A stretch of DNA of 64,000 nt from Octopus bimaculoides (GCF_001194135.2 NC_069001.1:37980914-38044913), one strand, 5' to 3'. Counted from the stretch's first letter, positions 1 through 13,649 are shown. The notes: generated from the letters alone by a model not told the origin. Numbers and translations are program-made.

Positions 1-192
1 TAAATCCAAACTCCAAAGTCCTGTGGGTGGTTGATCCTCCAATCCAGCTAAGGAAACTAGACTTCCATTTCCCTTTTATAAATTGCTGACGCAGCGTCCA
101 GATGTGTCATTCTGTTTCAAAGTTTGTCCACCTCGAAGCTGGGCAAGCATGTGCCACGTGGCACGTGCCTTATATGCATATATTTATATATT

Positions 193-238
<46 letters not shown>

Positions 239-1853
239 ATATCATCATCAGCATCAGCATCATTTAATGTCCATTGTCCATGTTAGCATGGGTTGGACGG
301 GTTGATTGTGTTGGCACACTGGAAGGCTGCACCAGACTCAAGTCTGATTTGGCATGGTTTTCTACAGCCGGATGCCCTTCCTAATGCCAACCACACTGAG
401 AGTGTAATGGGTGCTTTTATGTGCTGCTGGCACAGGTGCCATTTGCATGACACCAGAGTGCATTTACGCGCCACTCGCATGGATGCCGTCATGCGTGACA
501 CAGGTATCTGCTATGACTACGATTTTACTCAACTTGATGGGTCTTCTTCTCAAGCATCACATAATGACAAAGGTCTTGGTCATTGCCTCCATATATATAT
601 ATATATATATATANNNNNNNNNNNNNNNNNNNNNNNNNNNNNNNNNNNNNNNNNNNNNNNNNNNNNNNNNNNNNNNNNNNNNNNNNNNNNNNNNNNNNNN
701 NNNNNNNNNNNNNNNNNNNNNNNNNNNNNNNNNNNNNNNNNNNNNNNNNNNNNNNNNNNNNNNNNNNNNNNNNNNNNNNNNNNNNNNNNNNNNNNNNNNN
801 NNNNNNNNNNNNNNNNNNNNNNNNNNNNNNNNNNNNNNNNNNNNNNNNNNNNNNNNNNNNNNNNNNNNNNNNNNNNNNNNNNNNNNNNNNNNNNNNNNNN
901 NNNNNNNNNNNNNNNNNNNNNNNNNNNNNNNNNNNNNNNNNNNNNNNNNNNNNNNNNNNNNNNNNNNNNNNNNNNNNNNNNNNNNNNNNNNNNNNNNNNN
1001 NNNNNNNNNNNNNNNNNNNNNNNNNNNNNNNNNNNNNNNNNNNNNNNNNNNNNNNNNNNNNNNNNNNNNNNNNNNNNNNNNNNNNNNNNNNNNNNNNNNN
1101 NNNNNNNNNNNNNNNNNNNNNNNNNNNNNNNNNNNNNNNNNNNNNNNNNNNNNNNNNNNNNNNNNNNNNNNNNNNNNNNNNNNNNNNNNNNNNNNNNNNN
1201 NNNNNNNNNNNNNNNNNNNNNNNNNNNNNNNNNNNNNNNNNNNNNNNNNNNNNNNNNNNNNNNNNNNNNNNNNNNNNNNNNNNNNNNNNNNNNNNNNNNN
1301 NNNNNNNNNNNNNNNNNNNNNNNNNGTGAAAGAAAATATAGGAGGAGGATCGGTTAATTATGATTTTATTCAACACATTCCCCTCTCAGATTCAGGGGTT
1401 CTTCAGTTTTTCTAAGCACGTGAAAAAACATTCAAGCGAGGTCGTTGCCAGTACCACTGGACAGGCTCCTGTGCCGGTGGCACGTAAAAGCACTCACTAC
1501 ACTCTCGGAGTGGTGTTAGGAAGGGCATCCAGCTGTAGAAACTCTGCCAGATCAGATTGGAGCCTGGTGCAGCCATCTGGTTCACCAGTCCTCAGTCAAA
1601 TCGTCCAACCCATGCTAGCATGGAAAGCGGACGTTAAACGATGATGATGATGATGATATACACACACATATATATATATATACATATAAACACACACATA
1701 TATATATATACACACACATACATATATATATATATATACACATACATATATACACACATACATATATATATATATATACACATACATATATATATATATA
1801 TACACATACATATATACACACATACATATATATATATATATATACACATACAT

Positions 1854-1886
<33 letters not shown>

Positions 1887-3492
1887 CACACATATATATA
1901 CATGATCGTGTATGTACTTGTGAATGTGTGTATATAAATATATATATGTATATGATTGTGTGCATATATATGTGTGCGTGCGTGAGTGTGTGTGTCTCCT
2001 TGTCTTGACATCACATGCTAGTTGCAAATGAATGCTGCCATTGTGCAACCATTGTCTTCCTCGTTTCCTGTCTTTCACAAAAACATGTCTGTCCATGAGG
2101 ACATATCGCCTTGGTTGGAACTGGTGAGGTTTGGTGAGGGGAAGGGCATCCAGTCACAGAAAATCTGCCTCAATGAATTCCTTGTGACTCATGCAAGCAT
2201 GGGAAACTGGTATATAGCCATTATGTTTTGAAGAATCCGAAAGAAGCAAGGAGACGACAGCTGCAGCAGCAGCAGCACCAATAACAGCAAGAGTATTTGT
2301 TACATTTAGGGGGTCTGTAAGGGAGCTGATGAAACCCTATTCACTAATAGGGTTTCATCAGTTTCCTTACAGACTATTAGTGAATAGGGTGACATCTGGT
2401 GCTGGCAACACAATTGTTGATGTATGAATGTGATTATCAGAGATAAATGGGATAATCAGGAATTTGAGGGAAATAATTTCAGAGGATTAGAAAATAAATA
2501 ACAGAAATATATTTCTATAAAAAAACCCCAACAAAAACTGAATTTTCTTAGAATTGAAACTGAAATTCTTTGTTTGGTCATAGCTGTCGTGGAATGAGGT
2601 CAAAGGTTAATTTGAACAGAATTTTGGAACATTTGCTTGTGGATATTGCTAACAGATGGAGCCACTACATAGTCATTTCATGTGGTAGAAATTGCAGTCA
2701 AACCCTCTCTCTCTCCCCCCTTTTCCATATCCCCTTCTCCCCCCTTCCATATCCCCTTCTCCCCCCCCCTCATATAATAAGTGCAGGTATGGGTGTGTGG
2801 CTAAGTGTGTTTGGAAAATTCCCCAAATGGACAACAACAAAGCATATTATATCAGTATTTTTTTAAAATAAAAAAGAATGATAAAAAGTTTTATGGTCCA
2901 ATCCATGGACAACGGATATTAGATGATGATGATGATGATGATGGTGATGAAAAGCATTAAACAGGCAAGTCTTTAGTCAACGTCAAACATTAAAAAGACA
3001 TGATGGGGGGTTAATAAAAATGAAATTTCTTGCAGTGAATTTTCCTACAGCAAAAAAGGTGAATGGAGGAATTTCCGATGAGTGTGGTTAAAAAGTTTGC
3101 TTTCCAAACCCACGGTCTTGTGGTTTAGGATTCAGTCCTACTGGACATTGCAGTGGAAAAGTGTTTTCTACTAAAGACTCAGGCCAGCTAATGTCTTGTG
3201 AGTAGATACGGTCGATGTATACGTACATATGTACACACACATACATATAGTCCTTTACTTGTTTCAGTCATTTGACTACGGCCATGCTGGAGCACCACCT
3301 TAAGGGGTTTTAACTAAACAAATCAAGCCTGGGACTTATCCTTTGTAAGTCTAGCACTTATTCTATTGGTCTATTTTGGTGAATTGCTAAGTTATGGGGA
3401 CTTAAACACACCAACATGAGTTGTCAAGCAATGGTGGGGGAGACAGACACAGACACAAGCGCACAAATATATACATGTATATATACATCCAT

Positions 3493-3531
<39 letters not shown>

Positions 3532-6055
3532 TATGTCCTACCCATGCATGGAAGTTGAACATTAAAAGATGACGATAATATATATATATATGTATATATA
3601 TACACACACACACACAATGGGCTTCTTTCAGTTTCCATCTACCAAATCCACTCAGAAGGCATGTAATAATTTAACAGAATATTTTACAGAACATACCAAT
3701 TTAAAAGATCGCGTGTATGTATAGGAACTGTATTGTGTGTAGAATAAACCTACAGATAATGTAGTTGATAGTCTAAGATGTAGAGAGGGATGATGCAAAA
3801 TCAGGACAATAGCATACGTTGCAGAGACAGTATGTAGCATAGGTGAATGGATAAATGGACACTGGCAGGAATTCAAGGAGGAGAGAAGTTTGTCAGTGCT
3901 CTAACAACACATTGAATTAGATCACAAAGGCATGGTCGACAACATAGATGTTAGGAACTTATTGATGTATAGAATGGACATGACACTCAGACAGATTATA
4001 GATGCCACACTCATAATGAAAGATAGACGGAGCCTCAACCGAAAATGTAACTGGAGTAATAACACCCCCCACTCCACCACACTACACAACATAAAGACTA
4101 AAGACAGAATGAGGAAAATAGATAAATGACATGGGTACTGACAGTGCAATAAGAAACCCTTATACAAGCACACAAGACATATACTAAAGATGGAATGAGA
4201 AAGAGAAGAAAAATAGATAAATAAATAAAAGACACAGGTACAAATAGTGTAAGATAGAAACCCTTACACATGCACATAGGACACACACACACATGTGTAA
4301 AGACTTGGGCAGATAGAAATAGATATTACAGAAGGACAGAATAGAATAAGCAGGACAAGAGGGGACAGAGGACAGAGAGCCATTGATAATGTCACGGAAT
4401 GTGTGACAAAAGAACTTTGACAAATGTCTAAACTAAAAATAGTATAAAGTAAAATGGAGATCAAACAAACAGTGCTTGGGTTTAATTAGCAACAAAAAAA
4501 AAAAAAAGAAAAAAGAAAGGGTCATATCCTGTCTCCTAGTATAACAATAATAGGTTGGGTTTTGAAAAAGGATTGATTCTAGTTGTAGCTATTTGAAGTG
4601 GTTTGAAAATTATGTTATAATGAACTTATTGTGCTCAAGTGTTCTAAAAGTGGCTGGGAAAGTTTAAAAAGAGGGGAGAGAAAGAATAACATTAAAGAAT
4701 GAGAGTATTGATGGCTAAAAATATATCCATATTACACAGAAAAGACAAATACAAGAAGACCGAAAAGTGAACAGTAAAGGATAGTGGTGCATATAAGCAC
4801 CCTTGTTTATATCGCTAGTGGGAGATAATCGACTGCCATCACCACTACTGGGACTACCAGATCATCTGATTTTCAGCCTTCCCAAACCTCGTCAGTGATA
4901 GACACTCAGACACATCTCTGCTAGAATCTGCTAGAATCACAATGCCCAAACAGGCCAATGGAGTTGGGAATGGCTGGTGTGTTTATTAAAAAACAATAGT
5001 AACAGAAGCTGTATGAATACCAAAATGTATCATTTATTGCCCTCTTAAAAGTGGATGGTGTCTTAGAACACTGAATACTGTCAGAGTTATCATGCAAGAA
5101 ACTCTCATACGTTGTTTCCAGTTACCAGAAGGACTGTCTCATATGTTTAAGCAATTTATCATCTTCGCCAAACCTTATTTCTGTTGCTAAAGTCTGAATA
5201 TTGAAGATCCAGTTAGAGTACAAACATTTTAATCTGGAGATAAAAAAATAAATAAATACAAACATTGAGGAAAGTTAAACATTAAATGAATAAATAAATA
5301 AATATATATTGACAGTGTATAAATCTATATATTGATGTCTGTATGAAAAGTTTGGAAGGATAAAAGAAAAAATGTTTATAGTTATTGATTTTGTGTCAAA
5401 TGTTTAATAAATTGTGCTAAAGCAGGTGGAGGACCGTATGTGTTTGTGTGTATATACATACGTACACACATATACATACATATATACATGTGTTGTGTGT
5501 GCGTGTGTTCATGCGTGTGTGTTTGTGCATGTATGCACTATGTCAGACTAGTTCTCCTTGAGAATTATATTAAGGTACATGTAATTGAGGATACTCGGCC
5601 ACTTTTTTAAGGTCAGGATTAGGTCACTTAGTTACAGCAAAGAGAATGGAGGTTCATGAGTCAATATTGATGGGAGAGAGTAAGAGAATTAATAAAAACA
5701 GCTGTTTGCAATGTGATACCATAAAGGAAAACTACAGTCATCAAGTAAATTTGACTAACGATGTTAATAACATGTACATTGCAAGAAATAGCAGCTAAAC
5801 ATGGAGCATTTTAGCTCCTATTTCTAGTAATGAAGGTGTTTTTCACACCCTTTACTCTTTTAGTTGTTTCAGTAATTTCATTGTGGTCATGCTGGAGCAC
5901 CACCTTTAGTTGAGAAAATCGACCCCAGGATTTATTCTTTGGATGCCTAGTACTTATTCTATCGGTCTCTTTTGCCGAACCACTAAGTTACGGGGACGTA
6001 AACACACCGGCATCGGTTGTTAAGTGATGTTGGGGGGACAAACACAGACACACAA

Positions 6056-6111
<56 letters not shown>

Positions 6112-6644
6112 ATATNNNNNNNNNNNNNNNNNNNNNNNNNNNNNNNNNNNNNNNNNNNNNNNNNNNNNNNNNNNNNNNNNNNNNNNNNNNNNNNNNNNNN
6201 NNNNNNNNNNNNNNNNNNNNNNNNNNNNNNNNNNNNNNNNNNNNNNNNNNNNNNNNNNNNNNNNNNNNNNNNNNNNNNNNNNNNNNNNNNNNNNNNNNNN
6301 NNNNNNNNNNNNNNNNNNNNNNNNNNNNNNNNNNNNNNNNNNNNNNNNNNNNNNNNNNNNNNNNNNNNNNNNNNNNNNNNNNNNNNNNNNNNNNNNNNNN
6401 NNNNNNNNNNNNNNNNNNNNNNNNNNNNNNNTCTTAATTACCTGCAATGTCGAGATAACGAACCATGTTCCACAGTGACCAGGTATTTAAGAATTGATAA
6501 CAGAGTAAGATGAGGGTGAGAGGGAGGGTGGTGGAGATAAATGTTTTATGGCGACTGTGTTATGTTAAATACTGCATTAGTGCGTGTGTGTGTGTGCCAG
6601 CATCTACATTGTGTGTACGAGTGTGTGGTGTGTGTGTGTAGCTT

Positions 6645-6850
6645 CTACAGCTTTCATAAACCATTCATCTGATCCTAGTTTTCTCAGCAACCACTAAATC
6701 ATGGTACGAGGGGAAGGCCCTATCAAAAAACTTCTCTATGTCAATGAACACCATTTTGAGAGGTTTACCCCTAAGTTCTTCCACCAGTAGTACTACACCC
6801 AAGCACGAAGTTGAACTACATAGCATCCACATTAATTCTCATCTTAATCT
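6645..6850 (-). mobile_element. RTE-clade LINE reverse-transcriptase relic
   Basis: Manual minus-strand translation with stops/frameshifts gives RIKMRINVDAM*FNFVLGCSTT and KPLKMVFIDIEKFFDR, matching RT segments 'QFGF.PGRST' and 'F.D.EKAFDR'. Confidence 0.7.
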
Positions 6851-6949
6851 ATCCTTGCTTGAATACGAAATCCAACCGATGGAGACCTATAATCCTGTGG
6901 AGTGCCCTGGTATCCAAGGAGACAGTGTCCAAGCCTCACAATTATAGAG

Positions 6950-7420
6950 TAGGACAGGGTGGACCAGAGACCTAAAGACCCAAACTCTTGTCCTCCTGTA
7001 CAGATACTGGCAGCACCAAACACCCTTCTCTAAGGAGTCTACAAACGCACCAGCTCATCCAGGTTCTTTTAGGACTGCAAATTCGCAGCTAATGTCGCTC
7101 TGAATCTCACTCGGAAACTGGGATGCATCCTGTTACTTGTTATGATTCCAGAAGTGCCAGCCCAGACTGTTTGGCCATGTTGCAGGATTTTTGTGAGTTC
7201 GACCCTCCTTACTGTGTTCTCTTCACTGAAGATCTGGCTGGGTGTGATAACTCATGTTGCTAAACCACATGCCTGATGAGGAAGTATCATAGAGAGACGG
7301 GGGCAGAGGGGACTGACTGGGACCCTGCATGATAGATCACTTGAGAGGACCCAGGAATATACTGACAAATGGTGAATGCAGCACTCCATTGCACTGGTGC
7401 ATTCCCACCACTGACCTGAC
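6950..7420 (+). mobile_element. Degraded LINE 3' region (RTE-like)
   Basis: PRLFGHVAG resembles the RTE C-terminal 'RL..FGHV.R' motif; the segment ends in ...ccactgacctgac. Heavily decayed. Confidence 0.45.
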
Positions 7421-7639
7421 GCAATTCATTGAACTCTTGTTCTTTCAGAAAACTTGTCCAACAGTTTGGCCCTTCATAATCCCTTCTCCTTTATCTTTCT
7501 AACACTTGCTTACACAGTGGAACATTATTTTTGTCCTTGGGTACCAACTGTTATTTCCTATTTGTTGACCCCTTAGAAAGTATGAAAAATGGTTAATATT
7601 TTCTTCAAACTTTGCTTTTGTTATATTTATTCAAACCCC

Positions 7640-8088
7640 CTAAGATATGACTGGTGTGTCCTGGAGATCCTCTCAATGAATTTTGAGCAAGGAATTACAA
7701 ATGAAAAGACTTGCAGCAAAATTTGTGCCTCACTTGCTCACAGAAGATCGAAAGCAGTCATGACTGAATGCTTGTCATGAACTGAAAGAATGGTTGGAAG
7801 TTGATCTCACTTCCTGGGACTTTTTTTTGTTTCCCTGAATGACAACAGTCCTTAATGGAAAATGTTTTGCAGATGTGGAAGAAGAGAAGGAAAAAACGAC
7901 AGAGGTGTTAAAAAAAAATCACTTGGCAAGAGTTCCAGGACTGCTTCAAAGAGTGGAAATCGCGTCTGGACCAATGCATGGCTTCCAATGGAGAAAACTT
8001 TGAAGGTGATAGAAAGGGTAAACATATAAAACTAAGTGAATAAAATAATATTGTAAAATTCCGGTCTTTTTTGGGTATCCACCTCGTA
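7640..8088 (+). mobile_element. Internally deleted mariner (Tc1/mariner) transposase relic with one terminal inverted repeat
   Basis: ILSKELQMKRLAAKFVPHLLTEDRK (WVP-type motif), then DFFLFP...WKSRLDQCMASNGENFEGD (mariner C-terminus). Ends ...GGTATCCACCTCG|TA, a TIR-like end with TA. Confidence 0.85.
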
Positions 8089-8179
8089 GATAGAAGCAAA
8101 CAGGAAATAACGCTTACTGACCAAAGACAAAAAAAAAAAGAGGGTTTTGTTACGCTGTTATGATGTTGCTGTCCCACCA

Positions 8180-8990
8180 GTCTTTATTGCTGACGGCTTC
8201 TTGAACTACAAGATAGAGTAAATGGATGATTAGCTAATTGTCCTACTCAACCAGACATTTTAAGCATCTCAGTGATGTTCATGGACAGGTGAGCCTTCCC
8301 TTGCTTCACAGACTTAATTCCCCTTTGTACATTACTGCTATTAACTTGAATGGTTAGCTTCTCTAGAATATACTTAGTGTAGCTCCTCTTTCTACCATGT
8401 CCACTCTTCATTTAGTAACCTCATGAAATAGCACTGCTACACCTCTTTCTGGCATTGGTAATGGATCCACAATCATTCCTGATGCTCCTCTCACCAGTGA
8501 CATTTTGAGTTTCATTGCCAAAAGTCTCAGATTTTCTCATTCCTATCTATATCTAGCATCTTAGCTTCCCTTCTTGCTATCCTATATTTTTCCTTGCTCC
8601 CTACATTTTTCCAGTCTTTCCATGCCTACCTTGTAGCCTTTATGGCTTTGTCAACAGAGCTGTTCTACCACCACATCCCCATTTTTTCAAACAGGATCTT
8701 GTTCCTACCATATATTCACTCTATCCCCACCTGCAACTCTCAACTTTATGTCTCATTCTCCTCGTCCACCTTTCCATATGAATCACTATTTGTCTGAATA
8801 TGTTACTACTTGAAAGCTCCTTCAGTTTCCATGTTTGCCTTCTCTTGGACAACACAACAGTGACACCACACCCAAGACCGACAGATGACCAAAGGACTAT
8901 TTCTATGAAACCTTCTGCAGACCAGTCCAAAGCAAGTGACAATGATCTTGTTATCTGTCCAGTGATGGCATCACTACAACCCTGTGTTAT
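8180..8990. mobile_element. Scrambled RTE LINE relic (minus-strand linker region plus an inverted endonuclease piece)
   Basis: Minus: GMWW*NSSVDKAIKATR*AWKDWKNVGSKEKYRIARREAK and ...KQGKA...ITEMLKMSG. Plus ~8850-8990: KDYFYET..., resembling the APE domain 'KD.FY..L'. Confidence 0.7.
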
Positions 8991-10343
8991 ATGATGCTTT
9001 GTCCTGTGATGTGAGCTTCAATGTCCAAACTGAACAGCAAAATTCACTACTGACTACACCTATTTACAAAATCAATTCAGTTTTCTAGAAATAAAAATAG
9101 ATGATCATGTCATGTCCACCATGTTGACATAGCAAAGCCCTTTTATTGTGCACAGGAGTAAAATACTTCAACGATTACTTTTGTATTTGCTTTTTATTTT
9201 GTTTAGGGTGTGTGAACTAGTCTGAATTTTATTAAATTTGACTAAACATTCCTTCTCAAGTACCTCATAAATTTTGCCTCTTATATTAATGATGCACCGA
9301 AATGACAGAGAGAGGTAAAGTGTAAAGTGGGTTGTTTATTATTTGCAGCTGGAATTTCATTTGAGACACATCAATGATAAAAGAGTTGATCAAAGGTTTT
9401 GTGTTGCTATGGTGTTTGTTAACACATTGTGTCAACAATATATATGCCTTAAATTTTAACTTCTGTTTCAATGATTGCTATGATAAAGAATGACACAAAT
9501 GCGTGCCAGGTGTGGCCCTCCAGTCAAGATATTGTTTAACAGATATAAAATATAAAACTCAATGTATTAAAATATATTTTATATTTTGTTTAATGGTTTT
9601 TAACATTTATTGTTAGGTGTGTGTATACATAAGAACATATGTAGATACTGAGAGATAATATTGCAAGTAGGAAGTAAACAAGTGTGCAATTTGGCACCAA
9701 AAGCCAATGTGAAGGATTCTCTCATGCTATCTGCTGCAGTGTAGTCTGTTCTAACAGAACATCCAGGTTTAAGTGGGGGGATAGATATTACCTCTCAGGA
9801 TTAATACGACCTCTCTTGCTAACATGTACGTGTGTGTGTGTGTATGAAGGTCATGAGTGACCATGGGATCGCACCTAGAAACTTCCCTTCCAAGGCACAA
9901 GTCCAGGCAAGGTTGTTAATGGAAAACCAGCAGTCGCCCCCCCGCATACCAGCCTTCCCTCCCCATGCCACTGATGTAGATAAAAAGAAAAATAATGAAT
10001 CCACACAACTGTGAGCCAAATATCCCTAACCAGCATTAAGCCATACACCTTCACACACAACATTTATGTGCATGTGAAGGTACATGGCCTAGTGGTTAGT
10101 GTGCTGCATTTATGATTCTGCAATGAAGGTTTCAACTCCTTGACTGTGTATTGTGTCCTCTAGAGCAAAACACTTCATTTCACACGGCTCCAGTCCACTC
10201 AGCTGCAAATGGGTCACACCTGCAATGGAAAGACGTTGATATGCAACTCTGCCAGTGGGCTGGCACCATTTGAAAGCTGAAACAGTGTTAAGGACATTGT
10301 GGCCAACAGTGTACGCCATAATCTGATAATCTGGTCAATACTG

Positions 10344-10376
<33 letters not shown>

Positions 10377-10721
10377 AACATAAACACACATATATACATA
10401 CATACACACATATATATTATATACACGTACATTTATACATATATATATATATATATACATACATATATACACATATGCATATAAGGGTAAAGAACATCAC
10501 CAACAGTAAACAACATGAAATACGAAAACAAATGAGTTCACCAGTGACCTTGCAACTCATTTCTAGAGTGAACTGGAGCAGTGTGAAATAAAGTGTCTTG
10601 CTCAAGAACACAACATGCAGCCCGGTCCAAAAATCGAACTTACAACCTCAAAGTCATAAGCTCGATCCTCTAACCACTGAGCCAGGTGCCTTCACACACA
10701 CACATATATATATAGGAACCT

Positions 10722-11435
10722 GTGGTAGAAGTAGACCCAGGAAGACATGGAATGAGGTGGTGAAGCATGACCTTCAAACATTAGACCTCACACATGCAGT
10801 GACAGGAGACTGAGACCTTTGGAGATGTGCTTTGATTGAGATGATCCAGCAACTAAAGTGAGATCGCAGCCACACATGTCTGGCCCAGCTGAGAGTAGAC
10901 CTGATTTATGGTGCAATATGATATGCTTGAGAAGACCTGTTGAGTCAAGTAAAGCTGATATCGTAGCTGTGGCCAGTGCTCCCTGACTGGCTCCCATGCT
11001 GGTGGCACGTACAAAAAGAATGTAAAAAGCACCCACTACACTCCCGGAGTGGCTGGCGTTAGGAAGGGCATCCAGCTGTAGAAACCTTGCCAGATCAGAT
11101 TGNNNNNNNNNNCTGGTTTCCGTGCCAGTGGCATGTAAAAAGCACCAACCGAATGTGGCCGATGCCAGAACCCTGACTGGCCCCCCATGCTGGTGGTACG
11201 TAAAAAGCACTATCCGAACGTGAGTGATGCCATGTCTGCTTGACAGGCTCCTGTGCCAGTGGCATGTAAAAAGCACCCACTACACTCCCGGAGTGGCTGG
11301 CGTTAGGAAGGGCATCCAGCTGTAGAAACCTTGCCAGATCAGATTGGAGCCTGGTGCAGCCGCTGGCTCTCCAGACCTCAGTCAAACCGTCCAACCCATG
11401 CCAGCATGGAAAACGGACGTGAAATGATGATGATA
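10722..11435 (+). mobile_element. RTE LINE 3' end (ORF C-terminus plus 3' UTR with internal tandem repeats and (GAT)n tail)
   Basis: GTCGRSRPRKTWNEVVKHDLQTLDLTHAVTGD*DLWR is RTE C-terminal-like. It runs into the window's most abundant repeat (…GGCACGTAAAAAGCACC…GGAAGGGCATCCAGCTGTAGAAA…CATGCTAGCATGGAA…GATGATG). Confidence 0.8.
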
Positions 11436-11680
11436 CATGAGCACATAAGATTTTTCTGGAGGTTTATCTGCAATTTTACTATAGTGCTTGTCTACATTTA
11501 CATCACTTGATATAATCTTAAGACAGGCATACATACGCACATATATAAATACATACAACGCACACACACACACACACACCACATACATGTAGATAACATA
11601 TGAGATTGAGTTTCCAATAATCACCAAAGAAGAAAATTAACCATGATAACAGAGTTAGATAAAACTCAAAACAGCAATTA

Positions 11681-11686
11681 TTTAAT
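11681..11686 (-). terminator. Possible variant polyadenylation signal ATTAAA for QRSL1
   Basis: ~32 nt past the stop; close to the stop, so it may not be the site used. Confidence 0.3.
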
Positions 11687-11717
11687 TAGAAACACGATGA
11701 TGATAGTGAGGTTGGTG

Positions 11718-11890
11718 TCAGCTGTCACCATCGAGGAATGACAAGTCCAAAGACAGGAAGTTATTCTCCACTTCTATCCATTTCGCTGCTGACAGAAGTT
11801 CCTGTTCACCAAAACATTTGCCAATTAATTGTATTCCAAGAGGTAATCCCTTGGCAGATAATCGAGTTGGCACGGTAACGGCTGGTAGTC
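11718..11890 (-). CDS. QRSL1: QRSL1 exon 10, terminal ([39 protein letters not shown]...DGDS*)
   Basis: Acceptor ttcag|GA, stop TGA at 11720-11718; GLP.GIQLIG motif. Confidence 0.96.
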
Positions 11891-13617
11891 CTGAAGAGAT
11901 AAACAAACAATACACTTTAATTATAGGCTATTTGTAATTGTTTAATTATAAAGCATAATAATTAGGTCTGTTGTGAGTCCCGGGACTTATATGGCTGGAG
12001 CTTATGCTCATTTCTATAGTATATAAGTGACTAAAATTACAACACTGCCCCTGGATAGGATGCCAGTCCATCGCAGAGTTAACTCCTCAATTTACAGCTG
12101 AGTGGACTGGGGCAAAATGAAACGAAGTGGCATGCACAAGAATATTACAAACTGTGTGGTCTGGGAATTGATCCTACAATTGTGAGTGCCACATCTTTGC
12201 CACTAAGCCACATACCACCACAGAACATTTAATTAATTAATTTAATTATGGAATTTCTAGACCAGAGATTAGTAACTTCACTTAGTAAAGGTCCACTTGG
12301 TGATTTCTTGACATTTATGCACTGGCTTAGGGGTGCAGACATAGTCTTGGATTGAGTTGGATTTAGTAAATGGAAACTGATAGAAGCTCATCACCACTTA
12401 TTCACACACACATACATAAGTACATACGTGTATGTGTGTGATTGTCTGGATATCATGTGATCGATAGTTGGAAATGAGTGGCATATGTTTCCAGTATTCT
12501 CTGAAACTATGTCTGGCCACAGGGAAATATTACGTTGCAAGGAAACAGGAAATCTTCCGATTGATGTGGGATCCAAGCTTTGAGCTGACTGACATAAGCA
12601 AGTGGATGCCAATGGTTTCCAACACTCAGTTTTGATATTTGGAGGATATCTGCAATCATCCTGGTCGTACAACAGAGGTTGGCGTTGACTGACTGATTTG
12701 ATTTTGTTGCTGTTAATCTCAGGTAATTTCAGACAAGAGTGAGGTGCATTTTAAACTGAAAAATTTCCAGATCAAAATCTTGCTAACCACTTCAGGCACA
12801 CACATTCCATAATGGCATCCACCTTGCACACAACTGAAGGATAGAGAGAAGCCCATCTTAATATGGGTGCTCCTAGAAATTGAAAACAAGATCAAACTCT
12901 CTCATGAGAGAGAGAGAGAGAGAGAGAGGAGATGTGGACAGCATAAAAACAAATCCCAAAGTTTTCTATAAATCCACAAAGGAAACAACTACAATACAAT
13001 ATAAAATAGGACCATTGTTCCCTGGGAATGACTCACTGACGGTGGACCCAGGAAGGATAAGTGAACAATTTAGAAGTGTCTTCACTTCCCACTTGGACAA
13101 CATGCAGATAAAAAATCCAGCTGAATTCTTTGATATTGCATCACGAAAAAGGGAGGCACCAGCCATTGATTACATCAACACTGAGGGAACAGATGTAACA
13201 GTGGCCATAATCGAAATGATGTCGTACTCTGTTTCCCAGCCACTCTCCTGAACTCATGTAAGTAAGCTTTAGCGAAACCACTTTAAATATTTTTCCAAAG
13301 TTTCTTTCAAGTGGTATACTTCCTAAAAAAGCTGAAAGAGGGTATTATATGCCCTATTCACGAAGGTGCAAGTGGAGCAGAGGCCAAAAACTAGAAGCCA
13401 ATCTCTCTGACTTTGCATATCAGTAAAGTCATGCAGTGAATTATCAGAAAGAAGTTGATAATGTTCCCAGAAGAAAATGACCGACTGAACAATACTCAGC
13501 ATGGCTTCCGTCCAGGAAGAAGCTGCCTCACACACCTCCTACAGCACTACGACTGGGTTTTGATGCATATATGTATATACATATATATTTACATACGTAT
13601 ATACATACATACGTACG

Positions 13618-13649
<32 letters not shown>

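Noticed and set aside
293-1415. Long ORFs (250-350 aa) here and at 41818-42873, 45270-46247, 59414-60090, 61975-62787
   Set aside because: They are open only because they run through N gaps; the flanks are microsatellites or repeats.
1596-2096. Many [16 protein letters not shown] and poly-Q/E/N/T/V ORFs throughout the track
   Set aside because: Translations of (TA)n, (CA)n, (TCTA)n and trinucleotide microsatellites; no coding signal.
6705-6711. TACGAGG as the left mariner TIR
   Set aside because: Matches the right TIR for only ~7 bp and lies inside an RTE relic on the opposite strand.
9347-9453. Plus-strand open segment after tttgcag (LEFHLRHINDKRVDQRFCVAM...)
   Set aside because: No convincing donor, partner exon or known motif; compatible with chance.
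10960-11290. Regularly spaced GGCA(C/T)GTAAAAAGCACC repeats resembling a CRISPR array
   Set aside because: Spacers are homologous to each other, the block is the internal tandem of family C, the context is eukaryotic, and there are no cas genes.
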